Shown piece after piece: positions 1 to 8,724 of a DNA stretch of 24,000 nt. The notes under the pieces were generated by a model. It was not told the DNA's origin, did no database searches, and saw only the letters and a program-made list of their open reading frames with translations. The stretch comes from Synechococcus sp. A15-24. Its GTDB lineage: Bacteria; Cyanobacteriota; Cyanobacteriia; PCC-6307; Cyanobiaceae. The translations under genes and the position numbers were made by a program. The DNA lies in assembly GCF_014280195.1 (NCBI RefSeq), contig NZ_CP047960.1, positions 1,218,220-1,242,219 of the forward strand. The letters are read 5' to 3'. The first letter of the stretch is position 1, and each line of letters begins with the position of its first letter.

Positions 1-468
1 GCCCTGACGCGCCGCGAGGCCCTGGTGGCGGAGGTTCAGGCTGAGGTGGGAGCCGAACTGGCCCGTGCCGAAGCTGAGGTGCCGGTGCAACAGGAACGCA
101 TCAAGCAGGTCACGCAGCAGCTCGAAGCGGATGTGATCGCCCCGGCGGAATCGGAATGCCAGACAATGATGGCCGAGGCCAAAGGTGAAGCGGCCACGAT
201 CGTCGAGCAGGGTCGCTCCCAGGCGGAAGGTCTGCGGGATCTGGTGGAGTCGCTGAAACGGTCCGGCGATGACGCCAAACGATTGTTCCTGCTGCAGAAA
301 CTCGAGCCGCTGCTGACGATGCTCAGCGACACCGTTCAGCCGATCGAGGTGGAGGAGGTGAACCTGATCGGTGAGCGGGAGGGGCAGATCAACCTGTCCC
401 TGGCCACCCTGCTGAAACAACTGCAGCAGAGCACCGGCTTGCGTCTGCCTGTCAGCGAGAGCGAATGA
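1..468 (+). CDS. SPFH/flotillin-family protein, C-terminal part (5' end lies outside the window)
   Basis: The frame is open from base 1, so ORF-track 25..468 is only the in-window tail. It has a long Ala/Glu/Gln-rich coiled-coil stretch (AEVQAEVGAELARAEAEVPVQQERIKQV...) and a tail typical of bacterial flotillin (YqiK/FloT-like) C-termini. Stop TGA at 466-468. Confidence 0.55.
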   Translation, partial: ALTRREALVAEVQAEVGAELARAEAEVPVQQERIKQVTQQLEADVIAPAESECQTMMAEAKGEAATIVEQGRSQAEGLRDLVESLKRSGDDAKRLFLLQKLEPLLTMLSDTVQPIEVEEVNLIGEREGQINLSLATLLKQLQQSTGLRLPVSESE

Positions 469-523
469 AACGGTTCTTTCTGCTACAGCTTCGCCAGGAT
501 CAAACTTAAGTTTCTCTCTCCCC

Positions 524-769
524 ATGTCGCGTGCCACCCGTCTGATCAACCGTCTGGACAAGGTGCTGGCCCGGCATGACAGCTTCGGCGACGATCCGGC
601 GGCCTTCGTGGACAGCGTGTTCGCCGAAATCGAAGAGCAGCTGGAACCGGTGAAGGCCAAGTCGAAGCCCGAACACTGGGCTGAGATCTATGTGGAACGG
701 GATCGCGCCCGGATCAAGGAGCAGGTGCTCAACCGCGTGATGGAGCGCGGGGCCGAAGCAGTCGATTAA
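524..769 (+). CDS. hypothetical small acidic protein (81 aa)
   Basis: ATG-initiated ORF with protein-like, helical, charged composition. It is convergent with mntA and the two ends overlap by 4 nt. No recognisable motif. Confidence 0.45.
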   Translation: MSRATRLINRLDKVLARHDSFGDDPAAFVDSVFAEIEEQLEPVKAKSKPEHWAEIYVERDRARIKEQVLNRVMERGAEAVD

Positions 770-1521
770 AGGGAATCGTCGCTGGAGCTGTTGCCGGTCA
801 ACAGATCCGGCGGCAACCCACCGAACGTCATGGCGAGATTCTCTGGGGTGAACACCTCGGAGGTTTCGCCGTAGGCCAGAACGGTTTTGTTGATCAACAC
901 CACGAGATCGCAGAACTCCCGCACATGACTCAGGTCATGGGTGGAGATAAGAATCGTGCGGCCGTCCTCGCGGAACTGCATGAACAGTTCCGCCATCAAC
1001 TTTTCAGTGCGAACGTCAACGCCGTTGAAGGGTTCATCCAGCAGGAGCACATCGGCACGCTGCGCGATCGCCCGAGCCAGAAAGGCGCGTTTGCGCTGTC
1101 CACCGGAGAGGGCTCCGATCGGCCTTGAGCGAAGGTCAAACAGATCCACCCGCTTCAAGGCGTCGCGCACAGCCACCCGATCGGAACTGCGGGGAATGCG
1201 CAGCAGATTCATGGCGCCGTAGCGCCCCATCATCACCACATCCCAGACGGAGACAGGGAACTGACTATCGATCCCCTCGCTCTGGGGTACGTAGGCCACC
1301 GACTGCTGCCGCTGGGCCTCCGCGACTGGAGCACCGTTGATACGGATGCGTCCACGGGATGGACGGACAAAGCCGGTGAGAGCTTTGAACAAGGTGGACT
1401 TGCCGGCACCATTCATGCCCACCAGGCCGCAGATGCAACCAGCGGGAAGGTGCAGGCTGGCGTCATAGAGCGCCACGGTGCCGTTGTAGTCAACGCAGAG
1501 CTGATCCGCCTCGATCCGCAT
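766..1521 (-). CDS. mntA: ABC transporter ATP-binding protein, Mn/Zn (MntA/ZnuC/TroB) type
   Basis: 251 aa. Walker A GMNGAGKST, ABC signature LSGGQRKR, Walker B VLLLDEP, H-loop ISTHD. Its ATG overlaps the stop of the upstream binding-protein gene (ATGA at 1519-1523), which implies an operon. Confidence 0.85.
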   Translation of the reverse strand: MRIEADQLCVDYNGTVALYDASLHLPAGCICGLVGMNGAGKSTLFKALTGFVRPSRGRIRINGAPVAEAQRQQSVAYVPQSEGIDSQFPVSVWDVVMMGRYGAMNLLRIPRSSDRVAVRDALKRVDLFDLRSRPIGALSGGQRKRAFLARAIAQRADVLLLDEPFNGVDVRTEKLMAELFMQFREDGRTILISTHDLSHVREFCDLVVLINKTVLAYGETSEVFTPENLAMTFGGLPPDLLTGNSSSDDSL

Positions 1522-2456
1522 CAGCGCTGCACCTCCAGAAGTCCGGACCTGATCAGATCCATATTGTGACGCTGGAGCTCCAGCAACGAAGGGGCCGGTC
1601 CATCTGCCTCCGAGAGGGAATCAACGTAAAAGCTGCCCCCGAAGCGGGCCCCAGCGGCAGTGGCCACCTCCCGCTGCGCCTTGTCGGAGACCGTGCTTTC
1701 GCAATAAATCGTGGGAATGTCACGCTCCCGAACGGTCGCGATCAGGCGGGCCATCCGCTTCGGCGTGACCTGACTCTCCGCATTCACTGGCCAGAGGTAG
1801 GCCTCCTCGAAGCCATAGTCCTGCGCCAGGTAGGAGAAGGCCCCTTCACAGGTCACCAACAGCCGACGCTCTGGCGGAATGGTTTGAAGGGCATCGCGCA
1901 GATCATGGTCCAGCTGCTGAAGCTCAGCCTTGTAAACGGCGGCATTGGCTGCGAACTGTTCAGCGCCAGCTGGATCGAGGTCTGAAAAAGCATCCACCAA
2001 GCGATCCACGTAGTGCATCGTCCGCTGCGGCGACATCCAGGCGTGGGGATTGGGCTTTCCGGCGTAAGCATCCTCTGTGATCAGCAGCGGTTGCATCCCT
2101 TCGGCAAGGGTGAGGGTCGGCACGTCACCAGCGGCAGCCGTGAATCGACGGAACCAGAGCTCCAGGCCCAGACCGTTTTCAACAATCAGATCAGCGGAAC
2201 TGGCCCGTTCGATGTCACTGGGGGTGGGCTGATAGCCGTGGATTTCGGCTCCAGGCTTGACGATGGAGCGCACATGTAGGCGATCCCCAGCCACATTTCT
2301 TGCCAGATCGGCCAGCACGGTGAAGCTGGTGAGAACCGTTGGTCTGGAATCGGAGGTTTGCTGTTCTGGATCGCGACTGCTGCAGCCGGCCAATGCAACC
2401 AAGGCCAGCAGCACCAGGCTGAACGAATGTCGAACCACCCTTTTCAACGACGCCAT
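1521..2456 (-). CDS. mntC: Mn(II) ABC transporter substrate-binding lipoprotein (TroA/cluster A-I family, MntC-like)
   Basis: 311 aa. Lipobox LVALAGC|S. Blocks recalled from Synechocystis MntC: TSFTVLADLARNVAGD, GAEIHGYQPTPSD, KPNPHAWMSP, CEGAFSYLAQDYG, YCESTVSDK, ARFGGSFYVDSLS. Confidence 0.85.
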   Translation of the reverse strand: MASLKRVVRHSFSLVLLALVALAGCSSRDPEQQTSDSRPTVLTSFTVLADLARNVAGDRLHVRSIVKPGAEIHGYQPTPSDIERASSADLIVENGLGLELWFRRFTAAAGDVPTLTLAEGMQPLLITEDAYAGKPNPHAWMSPQRTMHYVDRLVDAFSDLDPAGAEQFAANAAVYKAELQQLDHDLRDALQTIPPERRLLVTCEGAFSYLAQDYGFEEAYLWPVNAESQVTPKRMARLIATVRERDIPTIYCESTVSDKAQREVATAAGARFGGSFYVDSLSEADGPAPSLLELQRHNMDLIRSGLLEVQR

Positions 2457-2512
2457 AACAGCTGCGACGTCAACGCCATTGCACTGCAGGCATCATTGCC
2501 TGTGGAGAGCCG

Positions 2513-3175
2513 GTGAGGTCCATGCGCAAGAAGGAACGAGCGCAGGTGGCGCTGGAACGGCTGAACGACCAGTATCCGGAGACGCCGGTCCCTCTGGATC
2601 ACAGCGATCCATTCACGTTGCTGATCGCGGTGCTGCTCAGCGCCCAGTGCACAGACAAAAAAGTGAACGAGGTGACCCCGGCTCTGTTTGCCGCTGGGCC
2701 TGACCCTGCGGCCATGGCACAACTTGAGGAGCAGCAGATCCTGCAGCACATCCGCCAACTGGGCCTGGCGAAGACCAAAGCCAAGAATGTCCGCCGACTC
2801 GCGCAGTTGTTGCTGGAGCGTCATGACGGCGAGGTCCCCCAGAGTTTCGAGGCGCTGGAGGCACTGCCGGGCGTTGGGCACAAAACCGCCAGCGTGGTGA
2901 TGTCCCAGGCCTTCGGCGTACCGGCCTTTCCTGTGGACACTCATATTCATCGCCTGGCCCAGCGCTGGGGACTGAGCAACGGCGACAACGTGCAGCGCAC
3001 CGAGCGAGACCTCAAGGATCTGTTCCCGCGGGAGGCCTGGAATCGACTGCACCTGCAGATCATTTTCTACGGGCGGGAGTTCTGCACCGCCCGCGGCTGC
3101 GACGGTCGGATCTGTCCGATGTGCCGGGAGCTGTATCCGAACCGCCGCAAACCAGTGATCACACGCAAAGCGTGA
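2513..3175 (+). CDS. nth: endonuclease III (DNA glycosylase/AP lyase)
   Basis: 220 aa. LLSAQCTDKKVN block, helix-hairpin-helix LPGVGHKTASVV, PVDTH catalytic region, and a C-terminal Cys cluster CTARGCDGRICPMC for the [4Fe-4S] centre. The start is either GTG 2513 or ATG 2522. Confidence 0.85.
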   Translation: MRSMRKKERAQVALERLNDQYPETPVPLDHSDPFTLLIAVLLSAQCTDKKVNEVTPALFAAGPDPAAMAQLEEQQILQHIRQLGLAKTKAKNVRRLAQLLLERHDGEVPQSFEALEALPGVGHKTASVVMSQAFGVPAFPVDTHIHRLAQRWGLSNGDNVQRTERDLKDLFPREAWNRLHLQIIFYGREFCTARGCDGRICPMCRELYPNRRKPVITRKA

Positions 3176-3178
3176 CCG

Positions 3179-3460
3179 TCAGAGGTCGTCCTCGGCGTTG
3201 GCCTTGATGCTGCAGTCGCTGGTGGGATAGCTGACGCAGAGCAGGGCAAATCCCTGGCCGATCTGATCGTCGTCCAGGAAGCTCTGGTCGGTCTGGTCAA
3301 CGGACCCACTCAGCAACTTGCCGGCGCAGGTGGAGCAGGCTCCGGCTCGGCAGGAGTAGGGCAGATCCACACCGGCTTCTTCAGCGGCGTCGAGGATGTA
3401 CACGTCATCGGCGCACTCAAAGGTGGAACCACCTTCGATGCTGATCTTGTAGGAGGCCAT
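3179..3460 (-). CDS. petF: plant-type [2Fe-2S] ferredoxin
   Basis: ORF-track 3179..3517 trimmed to the ATG at 3460 ([11 protein letters not shown]...). It carries the [12 protein letters not shown]...LLC cluster-ligand motif. The 93-aa length and the acidic C-terminus are typical of cyanobacterial PetF. Confidence 0.9.
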   Translation of the reverse strand: MASYKISIEGGSTFECADDVYILDAAEEAGVDLPYSCRAGACSTCAGKLLSGSVDQTDQSFLDDDQIGQGFALLCVSYPTSDCSIKANAEDDL

Positions 3461-3540
3461 TCGGAGAAAACAGACTTCCCGCTTGTTAGCCGCGGCGGTC
3501 AAAACGTGCCGTGCCAATCAAGACAACGCCTGGGTCCCAC

Positions 3541-4152
3541 TCAGACGTCGTCTGAGCCAACGGATCCCAACAGAGTCAGCACCTGGTCAAGCCCCTTGGA
3601 CTGATCGCGGATCACAACACTGGCGTTCTGTTTGAGGGGTTGGATGAAATGGCGCTCCCCAGGCAGCATCTCCCGCAACATCTGACGGATCACATAGCGG
3701 GGGGAACGATGGCGATCGCGGACGTCCCGCCGCAAACGTCGCCACAGTCGCCGGGGCACGGACTCCTCCAGATAAACCACCAAAAGGAACGGGAAATCGT
3801 TCACCAGGTGCTGAGGTCCGTAGGCACCTTCCAGAAGAATCACGTTGTAAGCAGTTGTGATCGACCGCCGCTGAACGCGGCGGGTGCGCATGTCGTACGT
3901 GCGCAAAGTCTGGGCCTGCCCCTGACGTGCCGCGGAAAGATCAACCCGCAGGGCCTGATCATCGATGGCATCTGCTGTGTCGAACCCGAACAGCGGATGG
4001 GGACTCCAATCCTGGCGGTAGTAGTCGTCGCAGGCGATCTGCAGAGGCTGACGACCACGGGCCTGCAGGGCTTGCGAAAGAGACGCCGCAAAGGTGGTTT
4101 TGCCGGCCGCGGAAGGGCCACAAATACAGAGGACAGGCCATAACGGGGTCAT
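3541..4152 (-). CDS. P-loop kinase of the uridine kinase/phosphoribulokinase family
   Basis: 203 aa. N-terminal Walker A GPSAAGKTT and a DDYY motif shortly after, as in Udk-like kinases. The substrate cannot be assigned from sequence. Confidence 0.6.
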   Translation of the reverse strand: MTPLWPVLCICGPSAAGKTTFAASLSQALQARGRQPLQIACDDYYRQDWSPHPLFGFDTADAIDDQALRVDLSAARQGQAQTLRTYDMRTRRVQRRSITTAYNVILLEGAYGPQHLVNDFPFLLVVYLEESVPRRLWRRLRRDVRDRHRSPRYVIRQMLREMLPGERHFIQPLKQNASVVIRDQSKGLDQVLTLLGSVGSDDV

Positions 4153-4309
4153 GAATCCATGCTGGCAAGGCCAGACAAGAGCACAGTCGCCAATTGGTAG
4201 CCGTTGTTACAGAAATGGCCTATGGTCAAGGCACGTTGAGCTTCATCCATGGAGCTGCAGTCAGACCCACGCCAGGCAACGGGGGCATGGGCGCTGAAGA
4301 GGTGATGTC

Positions 4310-4555
4310 ATGAACACACTTCAACTGATCAAAGCCCGCACCACCCGCACCCGGGCCATGCAACGGGCGCGCCTGCAGATGGCCAAGGCCTTCGGCAGTG
4401 CTGACCACATCGATGCCACCCACACACCGGTGGAATTTGGCCAGAAGCCACAACTGCGCTATCGCGGCGTGGCATATGACCCGATCCAACAGGATCAGGA
4501 GGCCACCGGCGGCCGCGAACTTCGCTACCGCGGCGTGAGCTACGGGGTGTATTGA
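4310..4555 (+). CDS. DUF4278-family small protein
   Basis: 81 aa with two copies of the L-R-Y-R-G-V-x-Y motif (QLRYRGVAY, ELRYRGVSY) characteristic of cyanobacterial DUF4278. A strong terminator follows. Confidence 0.65.
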   Translation: MNTLQLIKARTTRTRAMQRARLQMAKAFGSADHIDATHTPVEFGQKPQLRYRGVAYDPIQQDQEATGGRELRYRGVSYGVY

Positions 4556-4575
4556 TTCTCCAGACAACAGCAAGG

Positions 4576-4602
4576 AGCGGGGGACACTCCCCCGCTTTTT
4601 TG
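4576..4602 (+). terminator. Rho-independent terminator downstream of the DUF4278 gene
   Basis: A perfect 9-bp GC-rich stem (AGCGGGGGA / TCCCCCGCT) with a 3-nt loop (CAC) and a following T6 run, about 20 nt after the stop at 4555. Confidence 0.8.
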
Positions 4603-4605
4603 TGA

Positions 4606-4806
4606 TCAGCCCTTGGGAACGAACGCCTGGGATGCCGCGATCAGAAGGCCAGTGACCAGCAGGGCGGGAAGGATGACCGTCGGGCCACCGGGGGCCGTCT
4701 GAGAAGCGAACAGCAGCATGGAAGGCAATGCCGAAATGTTCAGATTGCCAGATCTGGACAGTGGATGCATCTGAGCAGTCACGCATCGCCATGGACTGCC
4801 CGTCAT
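4606..4806 (-). CDS. possible small single-pass membrane protein (start uncertain; internal ATGs at 4770 and 4719)
   Basis: The C-terminal half, PTVILPALLVTGLLIAASQAF, is a clear hydrophobic helix. The shortest version is MLLFASQTAPGGPTVILPALLVTGLLIAASQAFVPKG (37 aa). No family recognised. Confidence 0.3.
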   Translation of the reverse strand: MTGSPWRCVTAQMHPLSRSGNLNISALPSMLLFASQTAPGGPTVILPALLVTGLLIAASQAFVPKG

Positions 4807-5068
4807 CGAGGCTCAGCAGGACACGATGACGGGAAAAAGAAACAATTCACCCTGAACAGCTGCAGAGGACCGCGAAGACCTGACCTTGCAACTTGCCGAG
4901 CGAGGCGGCGCGGACGCTGGCGTGTCACTCAGCACTTTGCGGGGGCGAATCAGGGACTGCCGCATCCAGGCATCGGCACGGAAGGTGGCGTAGGGAGAGC
5001 TGCAAGCCATGAGGACCTCACTGATACACCTGTTCTAGTGCGTCTGTACTAGTGCGTCAACTGGCTGA

Positions 5069-5248
5069 TCAGATTCCGCAACCGCCGTCGACATTGCCGC
5101 TGTCGTCATGAAGCTGCTGCAGGCGCTTGAGGAGCTCTGCATCGCCAACGATCACCCGACGTCGTCCATCCACACCCATGTAGGTGAGCCTCCCTTCCGC
5201 ATCGACCACCAGGGCCGTGAGCGGCGTCACCGAGGAGGGCTCGTCCAT
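5069..5248 (-). CDS. hypothetical small protein (59 aa, below the ORF-track cutoff)
   Basis: Hand-translated as MDEPSSVTPLTALVVDAEGRLTYMGVDGRRRVIVGDAELLKRLQQLHDDSGNVDGGCGI. It has an ATG start and TGA stop and a protein-like composition. No motif. Confidence 0.3.
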   Translation of the reverse strand: MDEPSSVTPLTALVVDAEGRLTYMGVDGRRRVIVGDAELLKRLQQLHDDSGNVDGGCGI

Positions 5249-5891
5249 GGATCAACGACGCAATGGAATCACCATGCCAACACTCTCAGCACGAACGGGG
5301 ATGCAATAAGTGAAACAACCCATGCCAACAACCACTGTTCACGCTGCACTAACACCAGAACCCCCTTTTCGTCATGACCTCATGCCCGTGGCCGCGCCGA
5401 CGCGCGCCCATTGATCGCATGCGGGACTGGTGGACCCCGCCCATGCGCCAATCGCCATCGACCACCGATGCAGTGGACGACCAACAGCAGCTCTGGAGCA
5501 CATTGATGCAGGGGGGCTTCTGGCTCTCCTGAGACAGAAACACGATCGCCAATCAGCTCGCCAATGATTGATCAGAAGCAGTTAACGATGAATCAATCCA
5601 CGGCTTCGCCAATGTTCCTAACAGCTTTTCCACAATCCGACATCCTCAGGATGTCGATGCCAAGACGGGTCTGCCACTGGCGGGGGAAAACCGGTTTTCC
5701 TCTTGACGAGGCCGGAGAGCAGCCTGTAGTCCAGCGCACATCGCGCTCCAGAACGACTGCAAAAACTGATCTCACCCCGAACAAGGTCAACTTGATCGGT
5801 CCATCGGAACGGTTTTGACGAACCGACTCCTGACGTGCGGAGATGGATTGCAGGAAGCGCAGAGAGCAATTTGCTGACCACTCCGGATTCC

Positions 5892-6119
5892 ATGCCGCCA
5901 CACGTCAGTGTGGAAAACCAGTTGCCGCAGGATCTTTGTGAAGCCATGGGCCGATTCATCGAGAGCCATCCGCAATGGGACCAGTACCGACTGGTCCAGG
6001 TGGCCATCGCTGGCTTCCTGTTTCAGCAGGGCAGCCAGGAGCGGATGGTGGCGCAGCACTATCTAAAAGGACTGTTCCACCACAGGCCAGACCCATGCCA
6101 GATGGCGCTCGAGCGCTGA
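5892..6119 (+). CDS. DUF2811-like cyanobacterial small protein
   Basis: ORF-track 5835..6119 trimmed to the ATG at 5892. The core LPQDLCEAMGRFIESHPQWDQYRLVQVAIAGFLFQQG matches my recollection of the DUF2811 pattern (LPEEL..L..F...HP.WDQDR....A...FL.Q.G). Confidence 0.55.
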   Translation: MPPHVSVENQLPQDLCEAMGRFIESHPQWDQYRLVQVAIAGFLFQQGSQERMVAQHYLKGLFHHRPDPCQMALER

Positions 6120-6286
6120 GCTGTGATTGCTGTGCATCACCCGGAGAGCTGCACTACAGGGTCCGAACCGATGCGCTGACGGAGTGGATCTTCGTTTGTC
6201 CCTCCTGCTGGCCCGCGCTGAAAGCGCAACCCGGGTACCGCTACGGAGGGACCCGAAAGGCGGATCGGCGACGCCGTCGGCGCTGA
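6095..6286 (+). CDS. hypothetical Cys-rich (zinc-ribbon-like) protein with poly-Arg tail
   Basis: ORF-track 5975..6286 trimmed to the ATG at 6095: MPDGARALSCDCCASPGELHYRV...FVCPSCWPAL...RKADRRRRRR. It has two Cys pairs (CDCC, CPSC). It overlaps the preceding gene by 25 nt. Confidence 0.4.
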   Translation: MPDGARALSCDCCASPGELHYRVRTDALTEWIFVCPSCWPALKAQPGYRYGGTRKADRRRRRR

Positions 6287-6288
6287 AC

Positions 6289-6642
6289 TCAGGGCAGCGG
6301 TAGGCAGTCGTAGGCGACGATCGAGCCGCGGCGCTGCAGGAATTCCGGTTGCAGGGGGTCCTCGACCCGCCACCACCAACGACCGTCGGTGTAGCTGGGA
6401 GCACCGGCATTGTTCGTACGCGGTAGCTGCAAGGTCATGTCACGCCAGTGGATCAGAACTCCATCTCCGGGGAGCGTCCCGGCCGAGGTGTTCGGAATTC
6501 CTCCGGGCAGACCGGTCGGATCCACCGCACCAGCCACGGTCTCCACCCTCAGCGGATCACCGTCACAGCTCCAGTCTGCAGCGGCCGGAGCCGGCAACAA
6601 GCAGATCAGCATCGACAGGATCAACGACAGGAGGGCACCCAC
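6289..6642 (-). CDS. secreted hypothetical protein (possible MliC/lipocalin-like fold)
   Basis: 117 aa. Signal peptide LSLILSMLICLLPAPAAA|DW, with one Cys near each end of the mature protein (WSCDG...YDC). The SYTDGRWWW segment loosely resembles MliC-type proteins; this resemblance is weak. Confidence 0.5.
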   Translation of the reverse strand: MGALLSLILSMLICLLPAPAAADWSCDGDPLRVETVAGAVDPTGLPGGIPNTSAGTLPGDGVLIHWRDMTLQLPRTNNAGAPSYTDGRWWWRVEDPLQPEFLQRRGSIVAYDCLPLP

Positions 6643-6656
6643 GACAGAATTGTCCG

Positions 6657-7040
6657 ATGACTCTCACCCTCGTCTACGACGGCGGCTGCCCCTTCTGCCG
6701 TTCCTTTGCCCTGCGCAGTGAGTTGGTGGGCGGTATCAAGGAGCTAGAAATCCGTGATGGTCGGGCCGACAACGAGCTGCGCTGCCGCCTTCAGCAACAG
6801 GGTTACCGCCTAGCTGACGGGGCGATGCTGTTGGAAGGCGACACGATTTGGCACGGAAGCGCGGCCATTGCAGAACTGTGCCGACGCATGCAACCGAGTG
6901 ATCCACTGCTGCTGATGATGCGCCAACTGTTTCGCGACGATGGACGTGCCGCGGGGGTTTACCCCTCCCTGTTGCTGGCACGACGACTCGCCCTGACCAT
7001 TCAAGGCAAGCCAGTCGACCCAGACGTTCAACCGATCTGA
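6657..7040 (+). CDS. DCC1-like thiol-disulfide oxidoreductase (DUF393 family)
   Basis: 127 aa. The N-terminal VYDGGCPFCR motif (CxxC) is diagnostic of the DCC/DUF393 family. Confidence 0.7.
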   Translation: MTLTLVYDGGCPFCRSFALRSELVGGIKELEIRDGRADNELRCRLQQQGYRLADGAMLLEGDTIWHGSAAIAELCRRMQPSDPLLLMMRQLFRDDGRAAGVYPSLLLARRLALTIQGKPVDPDVQPI

Positions 7041-7085
7041 GCGAGGACCGGTGTGGCATCACGACCCCATGCAGGTCTACGGTGA

Positions 7086-7403
7086 ATGCATCGCCTTCAG
7101 GTTTCCTTAAGTATCGACCCCGATTCCTCTGTCCCCGATGCCCTGAGCCGCCACCAGCTCAGCGCCCTGCTCAAAGCAGCGATGGAGGGCACGCAAGCGC
7201 GAATGGCCAGCGTTGATGAGGACGAATTGCTGCGGGCAGCTCTAAGTGCCTGGGCAGATCAAACCAACGAACTGCTCCAGTGGATCGAAAGCCAGGGTGA
7301 TGCCGTCAGCGATACCAGAACACCAAAACAGGTCATGGCCCTGGGCAGCTTCCGAACTCACTTGGTGATGGGACTGAAGGCACTGCGATATGCGGAGAGC
7401 TGA
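7086..7403 (+). CDS. hypothetical protein (105 aa)
   Basis: ATG ORF with helical, protein-like composition. It ends exactly where G+C drops. No motif. Confidence 0.45.
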   Translation: MHRLQVSLSIDPDSSVPDALSRHQLSALLKAAMEGTQARMASVDEDELLRAALSAWADQTNELLQWIESQGDAVSDTRTPKQVMALGSFRTHLVMGLKALRYAES

Positions 7404-7633
7404 TCGCGTTCAGCGTCAGAGGGTCGGTTCAAGTTCCAAAGCGATGCTTAAATCAACTTGTTCGGCGAAATCCTCTAGCTCGGCATTCATTTCAATCAAC
7501 AACACGGCTAAAGCCGAAGCAAACTCAGTGCAGAAGTCGTCCGCCACAGCGTCTCAGAACGGGACCCACCATTTCTAGAGACAGGATTGGCACTGCTGTG
7601 GCTGTCCTCAACTGATGTTCACAAACGCTGAAT

Positions 7634-8150
7634 TCAGGCCACCAAACGTACGCTGAACTGATCGATATCAAGATTCAACTGACGCATCCGATCTCGAATT
7701 CCCAAGCAATCTCTGCAGGAGCAATGATCTTGACCAACCTCCACATGATGAAGGAGAAGGGGGAGAATTTGATCTTCGTCTTCGTAGAAGAAAGAGATGA
7801 TATCTCAGGCAGAGAATAAAGTTACAAAGATCCTTACTGGAACCAGCTTCGACGACAACAACAAATCATTCAGAATGGTGTTATCAACACACAAGAATCG
7901 TCAGGATTCAACAACAATAGGTTCATTCACAAATAATCCTGCGGAGTGTGCATCCACGAGCAGCGTGCTCAGGCAATCCATACCGAAACAGGCTTCGCCG
8001 GATAGCAACGTGGTCCATTCCTCCTCCGGGAAGTGGGTTTGCAGCCATAACGCACCATGGACACTGGCAACGATCAGACGGGCCAAACCGGGTCGATCAG
8101 CGTGTTGAACGAGGAGATCCAAAGCCGTCTACTAACTCAATTGAGTCCAT
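7634..8150 (-). pseudogene. decayed gene remnant in the AT-rich patch
   Basis: A single minus-strand frame runs 8122->7634 with only two internal stops, both TGA (7903-7901 and 7807-7805). This is in roughly 40% G+C DNA, where random frames should close far more often. An ATG-led 17-codon ORF (8150..) lies one frame off, consistent with a frameshift. Translation includes ...ADRPGLARLIVASVHGALWLQTHFPEEEW...*RFLCVDNTILNDLLLSSK...*DIISFFYEDEDQILPLLLHHVEVGQDH... Confidence 0.3.
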
Positions 8151-8286
8151 TACGCCGAACAATGGACCAACCAATTGTTCGTTCTGATACAAAAACGGCA
8201 AGAGGCCTCATCGTGGACGAAGTTTTAATTGGTTAAGTTAATGTTGTTACGTATTGAACACCGTGTCGGACGACCTGACAGCCATC

Positions 8287-8415
8287 ATGATTTCCTCCGT
8301 GTTGGTGGGAGCCGGGGTTGTCGTGGCGCGGTTCTTCCGAGAGGCGTCTCTGCTGGCAGCCTTTTTTCTCGTGGGCTTCATCGGCTTGGAGCTGACGCTT
8401 GTGCTGATCAGCTGA
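8287..8415 (+). CDS. possible small two-helix membrane peptide (42 aa)
   Basis: Hand-translated as MISSVLVGAGVVVARFFREASLLAAFFLVGFIGLELTLVLIS, with two hydrophobic segments. It is below the ORF-track cutoff. Confidence 0.3.
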   Translation: MISSVLVGAGVVVARFFREASLLAAFFLVGFIGLELTLVLIS

Positions 8416-8692
8416 GCTCCTGATCCCGTTGCCAACGCATGCCCAGCCTGAACCGTTGATAACGGACCATCGCTTGCTCCAGGCTGAGGTGAGGATAAAG
8501 CGCCGATGCTTCCTCAAGGGTTGCGGGCTCCCGCAACCAATCCTGATCCGGTGGTGTGGCCGCCGCTGCTGAATCGCGCCGCCAGCGTCGAGAACCTGGC
8601 AGATGCCGGCGCCATCGATCGAGAAGCTCGAGGGGATGAATCACGGTGTTTTTACAGAAAAACTCGTTTTGAAGGACTGTCGCCTCGCTCAA
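8408..8692 (-). CDS. hypothetical protein (start uncertain; TTG at 8692)
   Basis: 94-aa ORF. The C-terminal part (DWLREPATLEEASALYPHLSLEQAMVRYQRFRLGMRWQ) is protein-like, but there is no ATG near the 5' end. Confidence 0.25.
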   Translation of the reverse strand: MSEATVLQNEFFCKNTVIHPLELLDRWRRHLPGSRRWRRDSAAAATPPDQDWLREPATLEEASALYPHLSLEQAMVRYQRFRLGMRWQRDQELS

Positions 8693-8724
8693 GGGCGAGC
8701 TAGCACCGATTCAGCACGAGAGGA

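Noticed and set aside
2444-3052. 202-aa minus ORF opposite nth
   Set aside because: It is a shadow frame of the endonuclease III gene.
4226-4792. 188-aa minus-strand ORF
   Set aside because: It is antisense to the DUF4278 gene and runs through the plus-strand terminator. Its composition is not protein-like.
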